Positions 12,438 to 24,717 of a stretch of 64,000 bases of DNA are shown one piece after another; position 1 is the stretch's first letter, and each line of letters starts with the position of its first letter. Source of the DNA: Selaginella moellendorffii (lineage: Eukaryota; Plantae; Lycopodiophyta); assembly GCF_000143415.4 (NCBI RefSeq), contig NW_003314268.1, forward strand, positions 3,790,559-3,854,558, read 5' to 3'. The translations under genes were made by a program, and so were the position numbers. Below the pieces are notes generated by a model. That model was not told the DNA's origin. It worked only from the letters and a program-made list of their open reading frames with translations, and searched no databases.

Positions 12438-14941
12438 TTTCGGGAATATCTATAGAATATGTTTTCCCTAATTAATTAAACATTAACTAGCTAGGATCCC
12501 AGAGATAAAGAATAATAGATTATTTATCTAGTTACAAATGAATAGTTTTGAGCTATAGTTTTATGGTGAAAAAATGAGTATCCTTTATTGGTTGGTTAGT
12601 TCTGCAACTTTAGTTGTGTATTAGCAACAAGTTTCACAAAGACAAGGGCAAAATGTACCTCATACTCAAAAACCAAGCGGAAGCTTCTTTTTTGGTCGGG
12701 GATCTGCAGATCCTCCACCACTCGTTGCTTTTGACTTCGCCACCCTACTCTTCCAAGAAGAACCCTAAAAAGATATGTTTTTCTATATTGAGGACCCTTA
12801 CTATGTACAGGTCTTACAATGTCAATCTATACATACTTGAGCTAGAAGGTAATCAGTATAAAAGTTGATTCTCTCCCTAGGTGAGTAGTTTAAATAAAAA
12901 AAAAGATATCATAAATTCTTTTTGAGAATCATTAGGATTAGCCATTATGTTACACCTGTATAAAAACTTTTTCTCCTAACATGGTTATCATGAAAAGAGC
13001 ATGCTAATAGGATATCATTGATATACTTGCTCTAGTGGAGAATAAAGGGGTTATCCCATCAGTCAAACTAAATTCCTAAGGCAATAGTGTGTCTCAACTA
13101 AATCAATGGTACTCATACAACTTGGTTATACCCCAGCAATTGGTTCGTAGGCTGGTTGACTAAAAACTTCATGGATCTTGCTCTTGGCCAATGGGAGAGT
13201 AGTATGGCTTGGATGCTCATTGGCTGAGTGAGGTAAGACAACATATCTAGTGGCAGCTTATTGAGTTTATGCTTGAGTTTAGTTGGCTAAAGATGGCCAC
13301 ATTATAAAAGAACATGTAAGGTGTTGTTAGCACTTATCTTTCTCTCTTGATAGTAATGAGCATACTTTCTCATAACTAGTGGTATGATCCAAGGGCTTCT
13401 CTCTCTAGAGCATTGCCAAGTTCTCTGTTGCACCATGATGATGAGCCAAAGCAATCACACCCTATCCCATGCTCCAAAAAATTGAAATGCTGACATTGTA
13501 GGAGCTTGGCAATAGACAGCATTTCTTTCTATGCACTACAAAGAAAATCATGTCATGGATGGGCCTTAAAAATTAGGGTTATTGGGTTTGAATTTTTAAG
13601 GTGCAAAACAAATCATGTTAAAGACTAGATTTCACTGGTTATTATAATTAAGATAAAGAAAGTAAGTCAAACATTTAACACATTGATTTTCTTATTCCTT
13701 TTTCAGCTAGGATAGTGTGTTGTGCCCACTGTTGGTCTTGACCATGTTTGGCCAGGATGCTAATTGCCACTGAACGCAATCAAAGAGGGCTGTCCCTAAA
13801 AATGCTTTGCTTTTTTTTTTTTCCCAAAAAACTCTAATTTGTATCTTAAAATGCGATTCTAACAATTCCAACAATTAGATTCTAGTGTCTTAGCAATTGA
13901 TTTTTACATAATTGGAGCAATGGCACCTAATTAGGCATGGTTCTATATTATCAAGCTTTTTTCTTGTTCTTTTGGCAAAGGAGCTAAGTGTAACTATTCT
14001 GGAAAAATGTATAGTGGTCCACCAAAATGAATTAAAGTGCATCTTGCTATAGTTTTTAAGTATGACATTAAAGTATATATTCCTCTCCATGTTTAGAAAT
14101 AAGCTCGCTGGATGTTTATGAAGCAAATAATAAATGCCCCTTCAGCTTTACCTTCTATAGCAAATTAGCATTTTGATGGGGCATTTACTTCTAGAGTTGG
14201 GACACAAAGTGCTAGTCAATCTTAATCTATAAATGTTTTTTTAGGCCATGAAATATCATCTGTTAATTGAAAGTAAATATGAGATGGCAACTTTAGGGAA
14301 ATGCTTGAAGATGTAAGAAACATGAATATAAATGATGTAATATCAAAATTCATCTTCTTAAATGCTATAACATTTAATATTCAAAAGCTTATACTTTTTC
14401 ACCAATCACTTGTAGTGTTAGATTTGGTGTTGTATCAAGGATTCTTAGTTACAAAAATTTTTGTACTCAGCTCACTTGTCATTATACTCTAATCAAAGAG
14501 AAGTTAGCTCCCTTTTGTGTTGGATGGGCTCAATTTAATGTATAATAGTAACTAATGGATGGTCTCAAGTACTTCATAATTATCTCCATCCATGACTTGG
14601 TATTTTGGTAGGGTGTTGATACCAAAGGAGAGGAGAAAACTAATCTTTGGCATTGGGGGCAGTTTAAACCAATCATTTTGGATGTTGGTGTTAAACATGT
14701 TGTTTAAGTCATTATTGATAATGCTTCAAATTGTGTATTGATGGAGGAACATATGAGAGAAAGATTCCTCTTTATCTTACACAATCAATATATGTACTAT
14801 GTTTTGGACTTTTTATTGGAGGATATTGAAAGGTTTGATTGGGTGTCTAAAATTATAAATGACTGTGAGAAGATAGTAAGATTTATAATTGACAAACTAA
14901 TATTATTTGCTTTATATCATAAATTTTACTCTAAAGAAACA

Positions 14942-15690
14942 TGTATGTACATTCCCCAAGTCCTAATGGGACTAAATTAGGCATTTTTCCCTCTTAACAA
15001 ACTATTTTATATGATGCTCTTACATCTCAACTAGACTTAATCCTAAAGTAAAAGTGGATGTGGTTGTATCTTTCAAATCATATCAATATCCAAGTTTCCC
15101 CTTGAGCTGAACATAGGATAGAGTTGGGGGAGGGGGGCACCACTTCTAGTAGATATAGGTATCTACCACTTTGTTGAAATATAAGAGCCATTTATTCCAT
15201 AGTTAACTAGGTTTCACCCACTCTTTCAGAATGGTGTAGTGAAGGCATATTGTTGTAAGAGAAAGTCTTCACCACGAGGCCATTACTATAGATATCCTCA
15301 CTTGTTATTTATTGAAATGAAAGTGGTTATGTGCTTCCTAAAGTGCTTGCACTCCTATCACTCTCTAGATAGACTAGTGCTTATACCCCATTGCCTCCCA
15401 AATTAACATGCCAACTTCAATTCCTATCACATCCTACTAGACAAGCATATTCTATTTGTGCTGTCCTCAACACCAAATACATTTCCAAGCTGGACTAGTG
15501 GCTAAACTTCTTACTCCTTCAAACCAATGAAGAACATCTCCACTCCTAGCCTAAAGCTCTACCATCCCATGCTTCCTTAACTTCAAATAAGAGGAACCTC
15601 CTCACTCCCTATTTTCATACTATAGGATCCAAATTTAAATCTTCAATGAACTATTGTCACCACCACTTGAGTATGCCATCCCCCCTTAAG
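14942..15690 (-). mobile_element. Possible 3' LTR plus PPT of a minus-strand LTR retrotransposon remnant
   Basis: TG...CA-bounded segment 14942-15678 followed by tcccccctt (AAGGGGGGA on the minus strand). No partner LTR in the window. Confidence 0.35.
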
Positions 15691-16288
15691 TGTGGCCGTT
15701 GATTGAATGTCGCACATGTGACTTCGGGTATCGAAAGTTACCTGTCGGCTAGTCCTTACGGACACTCTTACCTTACTGCCACGATGGCAGGAGGTCGGTA
15801 TTGCTGGACCCGTTATCAGTTTCCGCCTAAGCTAGTTGAGAAACTGGTCATCACATGTGCACTTAGACCGGAAGGGCACTAAGGAAGGAAATCCTAAGTT
15901 GTCATTTAGTCAAGCAGACTTGACACGGTGATGAGAAACTCATGATGTTGGCTTGCACTTGCTAGTGTTAGGAACCCCCGCGATATTGAGATTGGTCCCT
16001 CAATATTCGCTAGATGATAGCTTACCGTGTCTGCCAAACACCCTCGCTATCATGCCCTTTGTGTTAGTCTCATTTCAGTCCCAAATGCTATTTATGGAAA
16101 GTGTCCAGATTTGCTCATTTGGCATATCTACAGAATGTAGAGATCGGCCTGAACACAATGGTGTTCGTCCCATGTCCAAATTCGCAAACTAAGGACATTC
16201 CATATTTAGTAAGTTTCGAGCTTGTCCCAGAGACTAACTCCTGATACTAAGGGAGGCTTGGGGTGAAAGCCCAAGGCATGTGTTCCTC

Positions 16289-17027
16289 AAGGGGGGGGGG
16301 CTGTGGGGGGTTCCAAATGTATAGTAGGGATAGTGGGTAGGTCGGGCATGGCCGACCAACCTGAGGCATAGTCTAGCTCCCGCTTGCGTGCCTGTCCTTG
16401 TTCTGCGTCCGGCTTGGGTCTAAGCCCAAGTTCCATTCCATGCTAGCTGGTGGAGTACCCAAACTCTCACGTTAGGCCACCGGTATGCCAAAATAGCGCC
16501 AGACTCCGTTTGGCTCCGTTTTGCGTGCTAGTCCTGGCATTGGGATGCTGGTTGCTCTAGGACTGTTCCAAGTCGCTCTAGGCCCCTGTTCCTTCGCTCC
16601 TTGGGCTATATGCTCGGGAGTTGCTCCGTGGTCCGGTTCCATCACTCCTTGGCGTCACGCTTGGGAGTTTGGCACCGTTCCTTCATTCGGTGGCCCAAGG
16701 CCCTGAACCTCGGGTTCCTGTGGACATGTGGCATGGACACGTGGCATGTGACATGTGGCATCTGTCACGTGGCACAAAGAGGGTTTAGGTTCCGCTTCGT
16801 GGTGTTATCCTATGGTAAATCACCATAGGATAAAGGGTCAAAACCACGTGCGCTACATTGAACCATTACCAATTGCTTCAGGGTTTATTGTATTACTTAA
16901 ATCTTCCTCTTGACTTCATTGTTCATCACTATCGGTATAGCTTACTTGTTACTTATTGGTAGCAATATATTGCCTCTCACCACTCGAAGGGATGATCAAT
17001 ATTTTACTTTAGAGACAAAAACCCACA
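16289..17027 (+). mobile_element. PPT plus 3' LTR (16302-17027) of a truncated LTR retrotransposon
   Basis: AAG10 polypurine tract, one base, then TGTGGG...CCCACA terminal inverted repeat. hAT sequence resumes immediately after. Confidence 0.65.
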
Positions 17028-18266
17028 TCGGAAGTTTTGCTCTAGAAAACTCATGAAGCATGCAAAGACTTGATTCATTTACATCTTTTTTATGGTCAGC
17101 CAGCTTTAGCATGAAGATGTTTTGCCATGTTTTTAACAATTCATAATGAGTGGAATTTGAATCATTGAAGTGGTATAACATAAAGGATGCCAAAGATGTT
17201 TGCACAACAATTCTTAATGATGAATTTTAGAAGAATATTTCTACTTTTTAAGTTATGATAATGCATATTTTGAACGTGTTATATTAGAGCTTCCAGCTCA
17301 ATATAGATAAAATTGATGCAATTAAATGTGTGGTTGAAAACCAATATAGATGGAAAGCTCTATGGTTATGATACATAGCTATATGCACAACACTACATAT
17401 GCTTTAAATTTTTCATACCTTAAGCAAGACTTAGATGTCGAAGTAAGAAAAGGTTAAATGGACTATTTATCATTCTATTGCCATGAGGATACTTGGGTAA
17501 AAGAAATGTTAAATGAGCTATTCAATATGTTTCAATAAAGAATTAGAAGAACTATCAAAACTTGTTGAAGAGTAAAACAAAAAGGAAATTAGTCTTATAG
17601 ATATGAGATGCTTGAGTTGAGGAAGTTAACACTTCATGTATTGAGCTAAGAAGTGTGCTCTTTTCTATATGAGTGAAATTAAAATATTAAAATTTAATCC
17701 AAACCAATCATTTACATCCCAAAAACTTAAAAAAGTTGGTTATGTACATAGCAACACCAAAATGGAACAATCATATTTAAAGAAGTTTTTAGATTGATTT
17801 TGACACAATTGTAATTGAACCACAATAGATGAAAATTGTAGATATGTAAACTAAGCTTAAGTCTCTGTCAAGACCCCCAACAAGATCAAGACTAGAAAAT
17901 GCAAAAGACAAAGAGAAAAGCTAGTGAATAACAAAGAAAAGGCCTTAGACTGGTGTTGATTCAAATTGTGGAGAAATGGAACAAAACTAACCTATATATA
18001 CTATAGGTTGATGAAGCTCCACCACTCTTAGATCGAAGATGGCCTAAATATAGCTGAAGTCGAGGAGGCGCCACATCATCATCATGAATCTAGCTCGAGA
18101 CTCAAGAATCGTACAAGAAATCAGAGAGTCAGGAATAGGGAAGAGTCTCTCAAGAGTCAAGAATAGGGAAGTGTCTCGAGAGTCAGGAATGTGGTCTGCA
18201 GGTCAGGAATCCGGTGAGAGTCAGGAATGTGGCAAGAATTGGGGGATTCCTGACAGCACCCCCTCC

Positions 18267-21200
18267 TCAAGAACAAGAGGAACGAGGACATGAACGTGAA
18301 CGAAGAGGAGGATGAGATGAGCGGCGAGGGATGGGAGATGGAGAAAAAGAATGGGGACTGGGACGAGAAGGATAGCGGCGGTGGAAGTCCTGAACAAGGT
18401 CAGAAGAATGAATCAGGTTGTCCGCAGGTTCCCAAGTGCGTTCCTCAGGTCCATAACCCTTCCAATCGACTAGATAGTAGAGTTTAGACCGTGAAATCTT
18501 GGAATCAAGGATGTCTTGAACCTCGTACTCAGACCCATCCTCGAGCTGCACTGGTGGAGGCGGAGGAATGACCCGATTTGGAATAGAACTGGGAATATAA
18601 GGCTTAAGGAGAGAGGAGTGAAAAACGGGGTGAATTTGATATAAGGAAGGAAGTGCAAGGCGATAAGTGACAGGATTAATGATGGCAATGATAGGGAATG
18701 GACCAAGGCGTTTGAAATCGAGTTTTGGACAGGGCCTGGTGATGGAGATATTTCTCCTGAGGAGCCAGACTTTATCCCCGATATTGTAAGGGGGACAATC
18801 CTGACGATGGATATTGGCAAATGTTTTGTGAGATTCCTGAGCACGATGAAGATGGAAGGAGATGGAGTTGTGGATTTCCTGGAGGTTGGAGACAAATGCC
18901 TCAGAACGGGGATTTGAACAAGAGGAGTCGGATGGAGAAGGAAGTGAGAGATTAAATCGAGGATTTCGACCAGAGTTCGCAAAGAAGGGGGAAACTCGAA
19001 GAGAGGAGTGAATAGAGTTGTTATAGGTGAACTCAGCAAGGGGAGGGATATCGAACCAGTTATCCTGATGATAGTTGATGAAGCACCTCAAGAATTGTTC
19101 CAACGTCTGAATCGTTCGCTCGGACTATCTATCAATTTGAGGATGATACGCTGAGGAGAGGTTGGCCTTCACTCCTAGCAGTTGCAAAAACCGTTGCCAG
19201 AAATGAGAGATGAACTGAGGTCCCCGATCCGAAACCACATCTACAGGAATCCCATGAAGTCGGAAAATTTCCCTGAATACCAGTTTTGCCATGTCCTCGC
19301 CCGAAAACTCCTTGGTACATGGCAGGAAGTGTGCCATCTTTGTGAAGCGATCCACCACAACTAAAATGCTGTTGAAGCCTCTAGAACTGGGAAGATCACT
19401 CAAGAAATCCATGGAGATGGATTCCCAAGGACCTGAAGGGACCGGGAGGGATCGAAGCAAACCTGAAGGAAGGTGGCGAGGTACCTTATTCCGAGCGCAA
19501 GTGTCATAGGAGGTAACAAAGGCTTTGATGAAGTCGTCCATGTGAGGCCACCAAAAATCCCGTGTAACCAGCTTATAGGTTTTTGCAATGCTGAAGTGAC
19601 CAGCAGTCGGGCTATCGTGGCACGCCATTGAAACCAACCTTCGAGCATCACCTTCAGGAACGTAAAGCTGCTCCCCACGGTACAATAAGCCATCTAAGAA
19701 CTCAAACTCGTCAAATCGCCGGCAGTCGGGAGTCACTGGGTGTCCAGCTTGAAGATGGGGGAAAATGTTGTTGGCGAGATCATCGGATTGAAGATCGTTT
19801 CTGATCACATCCATCAAGGAGGAGTCCTGAGGGGCCAGGGAAATTGCCATAACTTGAAGCCGATCAGGACCGAGGATAACTTGATCTTGTTGATCGAAGG
19901 CAAGATTACCAGGCTTGAGACTGAGATAGGAGCGCCTTGAAAGAGCATCAGGAAGGCCTTGAAGCTTTCCAGGTCTGTACTTGATAACAAAGTCAAACCG
20001 ACTTAGGAATTGTGCCCACCTTGCTTGACGACGGCTCAAAACTCAGGAAGTGGCAAAGTACTCGAGATTTTTGTGATCCGTCCAGACCGTTGTTTGATGG
20101 CCTGCCCCCTCCAAGAAACGACGCCACTCTCCAAAGGAATCCACAATAGCAAGGAGCTCCTTGTTGTGGATTTCATAATTGATCTCCGCCGGCTGGAATT
20201 TCCAAGAATGGAAAACGGCCGGATGAAGTTCTTGATCTGCTCCGAGTTGAGACAGCACAACACCAATGGCAAAGTCGGAGGCGTCAGCCTCGATGAAAAA
20301 AGGTTGTGAGGGATCAGCGTGGATCAAGACGGGAGCAGAACTGAAGGCCGCCTTGAGTGTGTCGAAGGCCTGCTGGGCAGCAGCAGACCAAGAGAAGGGA
20401 ACATCCTTGCGAGTGAGATGCGTGAGAGGAAGGACAATGTCAGAGTAGTGATTAATGAATTTGCGATAGAAGTTGGCGAAGCCAAGGAAAACCTGAACGT
20501 CCGACATTGATTGGGGAAACTCCCATTGGAGAATAGTCTTGACTTTGGCAGGATCTATCGTGATACCCTCAGGAGTGACAATGTACCCAAGGAACTCCAC
20601 AGACTGCTGATCGAAGGAACATTTCTCAAGCTTCGCGTATAGGCTGTGTTCTTGCAACTTTGCGAACACCTTATGTACATGTTCGTCGTGCTCCTCCTGA
20701 GTTTTTGAGTAGATGAGGATGTCATCGAGGTAGACGATCACCATCTGATCAAGAAACTCCTGAAAGATGTCATTTGCCATGTGTTGAAAAACTGCTGGAG
20801 CATTTGTCAAGCCAAATGGCATGACAGTGTACTCGAAGTGGCCATAGCGGGTTCGGAACGCAGTCTTCCATTCATCACCAGGCCGGATCCGGATCAGGTT
20901 GTATGCTCCACGGAGGTCAATCTTGGTGAAGAAGTGGGCACCACCGAGGCGTTCCAACAGGTCCGAGATCAGGGGTAGCGGATAACGGTTCCGAACAGTC
21001 ACCTTGTTCAAACCTCAATAGTTGATGACTAGCCATAAACTCCCGTCCTTCTTCTTGACAAAGAAGACAGGTGCTCCAGCCGGGGACTGTGAATGCTGAA
21101 TGTACCATGAGGCAAGGTTCTGATCCACGTACTCTTTGAGGGCCTGAAGCTCGGACGGGGATAACCCGTAGATAGGCCCCCATGGAGGTGACGCTCCTTC

Positions 21201-22040
21201 CTGTAAATCAATGGGATAGTCATAAGGCCGATGAACAGGCAAGACACTAGCTTTTTTCTTGTCAAACACATCCCCAAAATCATGATACTTCTCAGGAAGA
21301 CTGACAGGAGAAACATGCAAAGCAAAAAGGAAAAGAGGTTCTTCATGAAGGAGTTCTTTCATAGTGATTGTGGAGATAGGAGAAGGCATACGACTAAATG
21401 GAATGATGAGACGAGGATATTGTCCAGTGTAAGATGGAAGAGAGGAAAAAGAAGAGGGTGAAAACTTCGTAGAGTCAGGAATAGATCCCCGATTTGAGTT
21501 TAGGGAACTTTTTCTGATTCGAACTCCATGAACAGCAGGAGAAGCCATGGAAGATGGTGATGTGGGAGAGACGAGCTTTAATTCCTTCCAACAGATCTGA
21601 GGCTGATGTAGTTGGAACCAAGGGAGGCCAAGCACCACAGAGGAGGACTTGCTGTTGATGATGTTGAAGGTGATATCGGTGACGGTGGAGCCGATGTGTA
21701 CTCGAACGGGCAACGTTTCCCTAAGTCCAGAAGAGGGAGACACAAAATGCCCGCCAATACCTTCAACCCGCAGATCCCGTATGGTAGGAGAAAGAGGAAC
21801 GTGATGTCGGACAGCAAAGTCTGTGTCCATGAAGCAGGAATTTGCACCCGAGTCTAGTAGTGCCAAAGCCTTGAGTCCTGATTGTCTAGTGAAAGAAAGG
21901 AGACATGGGATGCAGAAGTTGTGGGAATTGGTGGTGGCTTTGATGAAAGGTGGTGAGGAGCTTGATAAAGAAGAGAAGTGATTTTTATTCGGGGAGTCCA
22001 AACAAACAGCTCCTACTCTGTTTGGACAGGGTCGTTTCCC
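18267..22040 (-). pseudogene. pol of the chromovirus (PR-RT-RH-IN-chromodomain) in the -1 frame, with three in-frame stops
   Basis: ORF pieces 21015-22106, 20043-21011, 19125-20039 and 18267-19103 are all in one frame, separated by single stop codons. Confidence 0.9.
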
Positions 22041-22984
22041 GACTGCAACAGAGGTGGACTTTGAGGCAGAGTGAACTCGAGCAGTCGGGGAGGCTTCTTG
22101 GGACACACAGCTGCTTTGTGATTAGGATCAGCACAGTAGAGGCAAAGATTATGAGATATTCGACGTTGCTTCTCAGCAGGACTCAACTTCCCTCTAATGA
22201 GTCGGGGAGTACCAGAAATATCCATCGGGATCGAAGCAGTAGGTTCAGGAGTATGCCTTGAAGACTCAACCTGGGATTCCTGAGTCTGAGACGGGAAAAC
22301 GGCGGCACGGCGACTTTCCTGACGACGTTCAAAGAGACGATTGTCGCATCGAACAGCTTTGTTGATGGTGTCCGACAAGTCCGTGGGATCCTCCATGGTG
22401 AGCAACAAATCCTTGACACCGTTGTTGAGGCCGAAACGAAATTGATCAATCAGGGCCCGCTCATCCCACTGAGTGTCCAAGGCAAGGAGTTGGAACTCTG
22501 CAGCATAGATCGAGGCAGGACGAGACCCTTGAGAAAGACGTCTCATCTTTGTGGTGGCAGCCCGAACCCGATCCGTCTCGCCAAAACATGCTTCGAGCTT
22601 CTCTTTGAACAATTGAAGATCCATCAGCTTCGGAACCACGACCCCTTTCATGCTCTTCTCCAGGAGAGGAGAAAACCATGACAAAGCTGCACCTTCGAGC
22701 AACGTCCCAATCGCACCGATTTGAGACTCGGGAGTGGGGTACCGCCGATGTTGAAGTGCGAAGATCAGCTCCATCTAGTTCAGGAATCCGCGAAGCTCCG
22801 AATGCTTCCCTGAAAATTTCGCCGGGAAACTCACCTTTGGTTCAGGAACTTTGCTAGATCCTTGAGCCGAAAGTGAAGCAAGCTCCTGCTGCATGCAAAG
22901 AAGGGTCGCCTTCAGCTCGGTATTCTCAGACTGGATTTTTGCAAGGACTTCAGCAAAGAAATCAGGATGGCGTGGAGACTCCAT
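22013..22984 (-). pseudogene. gag of the chromovirus (in-frame TAG at 22775-77)
   Basis: MESPRHPDFF...PEPKVSFPAKFSG...RGFLN*MELIF...CCHC. Confidence 0.85.
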
Positions 22985-24123
22985 TGGAAAAGAAGAAAGA
23001 AAAAAATAGGGAAAAAAGGCAAAGGCAATCAAACAATCAAAACGAGCTAAAGCAAAAAAAGAAAAAGCACAATCTGAATCAAACTGTCAAGACCCCCAAC
23101 AAAATCAAGACTAGAAAATGCAAAAGACAAAGAGAAAAGCTAGTGAATAACAAAGAAAAGGCCTTAGATTAGTGTTGATTCAGATTGTGGAGAAATGGAA
23201 CAAAGCTAACCTATATATACTATAGGTTGATGAAGCTCCACCACTCTTAGATCGAGGACGGCCTAAATATAGCTGAAGTCGAGGAGGCACCACATCATCA
23301 TCAGGAATCTGGCTCGAGACTCAAGAATCGTACAGGAAATTAGAGAGTCAGGAATAGGGAAGAGTCTCAAGAGTCAGGAATAAGGAAGTGTCTCGAGAGT
23401 CAGGAATGTGGTCTGCAGGTCAGGAATCTGGTGAGAGTCAGGAATGTGGCAAGAATTAGGGGATTCCTGATAGTCTCTTGGTATAAAAGATTTATTAAGG
23501 AAAATCTTCCAAATGAAAATGTAAAAATTGTTAAAGAAGATGTCATAGATATTGAAAGATGTTAAAAAATATGAATAATAGTTAAATTCTAATAGTTTTG
23601 TTTTTGTACTTTTATTAGTTTGGTTTTACTAAAAAAAAATTTTAATCAAGAAAAGTTTATAAACCAATCAACTATTTTAGTCGATAACTACAGTTGGCAA
23701 TCACTATTTAGAAGGGTCGAGACCAACCTTGGATGTTTTGGGTTTGAATTTTTTTTATTAGTGTTGCATCTATATTTTGTTTTCCAACACAACTCTTAAT
23801 AGAATTAAACAAGATTAAAATCTGGTAAATGGGCAATGAACTAGCTTCCTATAGCTAATGCATATTTTTGCACAAATTTATAATAAAAAAGGCAATTAGG
23901 GTACTAATATAGATTAGAGCTTGTGAGGTGGTATAGCTACAACACATGTAGAGGAGATTCTAAGGTCTCTAAAATCTTGAGTATAAGAATAGGGAGTAAT
24001 GGGGACTGAAGGTTAAACCAAACCTCACCTCATCCTCAAGGATTTTGTGTTTAATAACATTTATTGAAGTGTGCATAGCTATTTGATGTATTTCTATTAA
24101 TGTAATGAATACTTTGGATTGAT

Positions 24124-24126
<3 letters not shown>

Positions 24127-24167
<41 letters not shown>
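24127..24167. repeat. (AT)n microsatellite of about 20 units (much shorter in the paralogous unit at ~37528)
   Basis: Seen directly. Confidence 0.9.
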
Positions 24168-24170
<3 letters not shown>

Positions 24171-24717
24171 TCATCAATATCCCATAAAGACTAAGACAAC
24201 ATCAAAAGCACATTCTCATAAAGAAAAATGAGCAAAATTACAAACACAAACAGTTGATGATACTTTTGGGCCATTTGCCTCCCATTTGACTTCACTACAA
24301 TACTTGAAGCCACCTACTATGCTTCATTACATGTGAGATTTATTATGGAGCACTCCACTAATTTTAAGCATTCTTATTCTTCGCTTTATTCAAAAGGTGC
24401 TAAACCTTGTACCCCAAAACAAATGCTTATAAAAGATTTATAGTATGACAATCAAGATAGAGATTGTGGCAATCAAGGAGTTAAAAAAGAAATAGACTTT
24501 TTCAATAGATTTCTATTCCAATTCAGTGTTCTTCAAACCTGACAAATTTAGATCTCTTACACAGTCAACTAATTCTACAGGTGAACAGGTTTACAGCAAA
24601 TAGTCACCTTTGACATTTATGTATAAAATTAAAAAAACTATAATCACTTTTATGACTTTTCTGTACCATTATATCCTTTAGAGTGACTGAATAATGTTTG
24701 ATAATGACCATGTCGTT

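Larger units (their letters stand above)
14500..17760 (+). mobile_element. Highly degenerate hAT-family transposase, interrupted by LTR-element remnants (14942-17027); boundaries approximate
   Basis: Decayed motifs in the expected order: DTKGEEKT, DVGVKHVV*VIIDNASNC, LDFLLEDI...WVSKIINDCEKIVRFI, KLMKHAKT*F (cf. LLRPAxTRF), MIHSYMHNTTYALN, KLTLHVLS*EVCSFLYE*N (cf. SSSGCERNWS), LVYVHSN-like dimerisation end. Confidence 0.7.
17866..23472 (-). mobile_element. Full-length Ty3/gypsy chromovirus (Tcn1/Tf-like), inactivated by nonsense mutations
   Basis: LTRs 23085-23472 (5') and 17866-18255 (3'). Perfect 5-bp TSD GTCTC (17861-65, 23473-77). PPT GAGGAGGGG. Gag with CCHC knuckle (CLYCADPNHKAAVC), protease LLDSGA, RT YLDD, RNase H DAS, integrase, GPF and chromodomain (EYEVQDILDS..YLVDWKGYGPEERTWEP). 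Confidence 0.95.

Noticed and set aside
18100-18255. Repeated GAGTCAGGAAT units resembling a short-repeat or CRISPR-like array
   Set aside because: They are U3 tandem motifs present in both LTRs, with irregular short spacing, in eukaryotic DNA with no cas genes.
13118-23731. Possible terminal inverted repeats of the hAT element (caacttggtt... / ...accaaccttg)
   Set aside because: The match is weak and no 8-bp TSD could be found, so element ends are not called.
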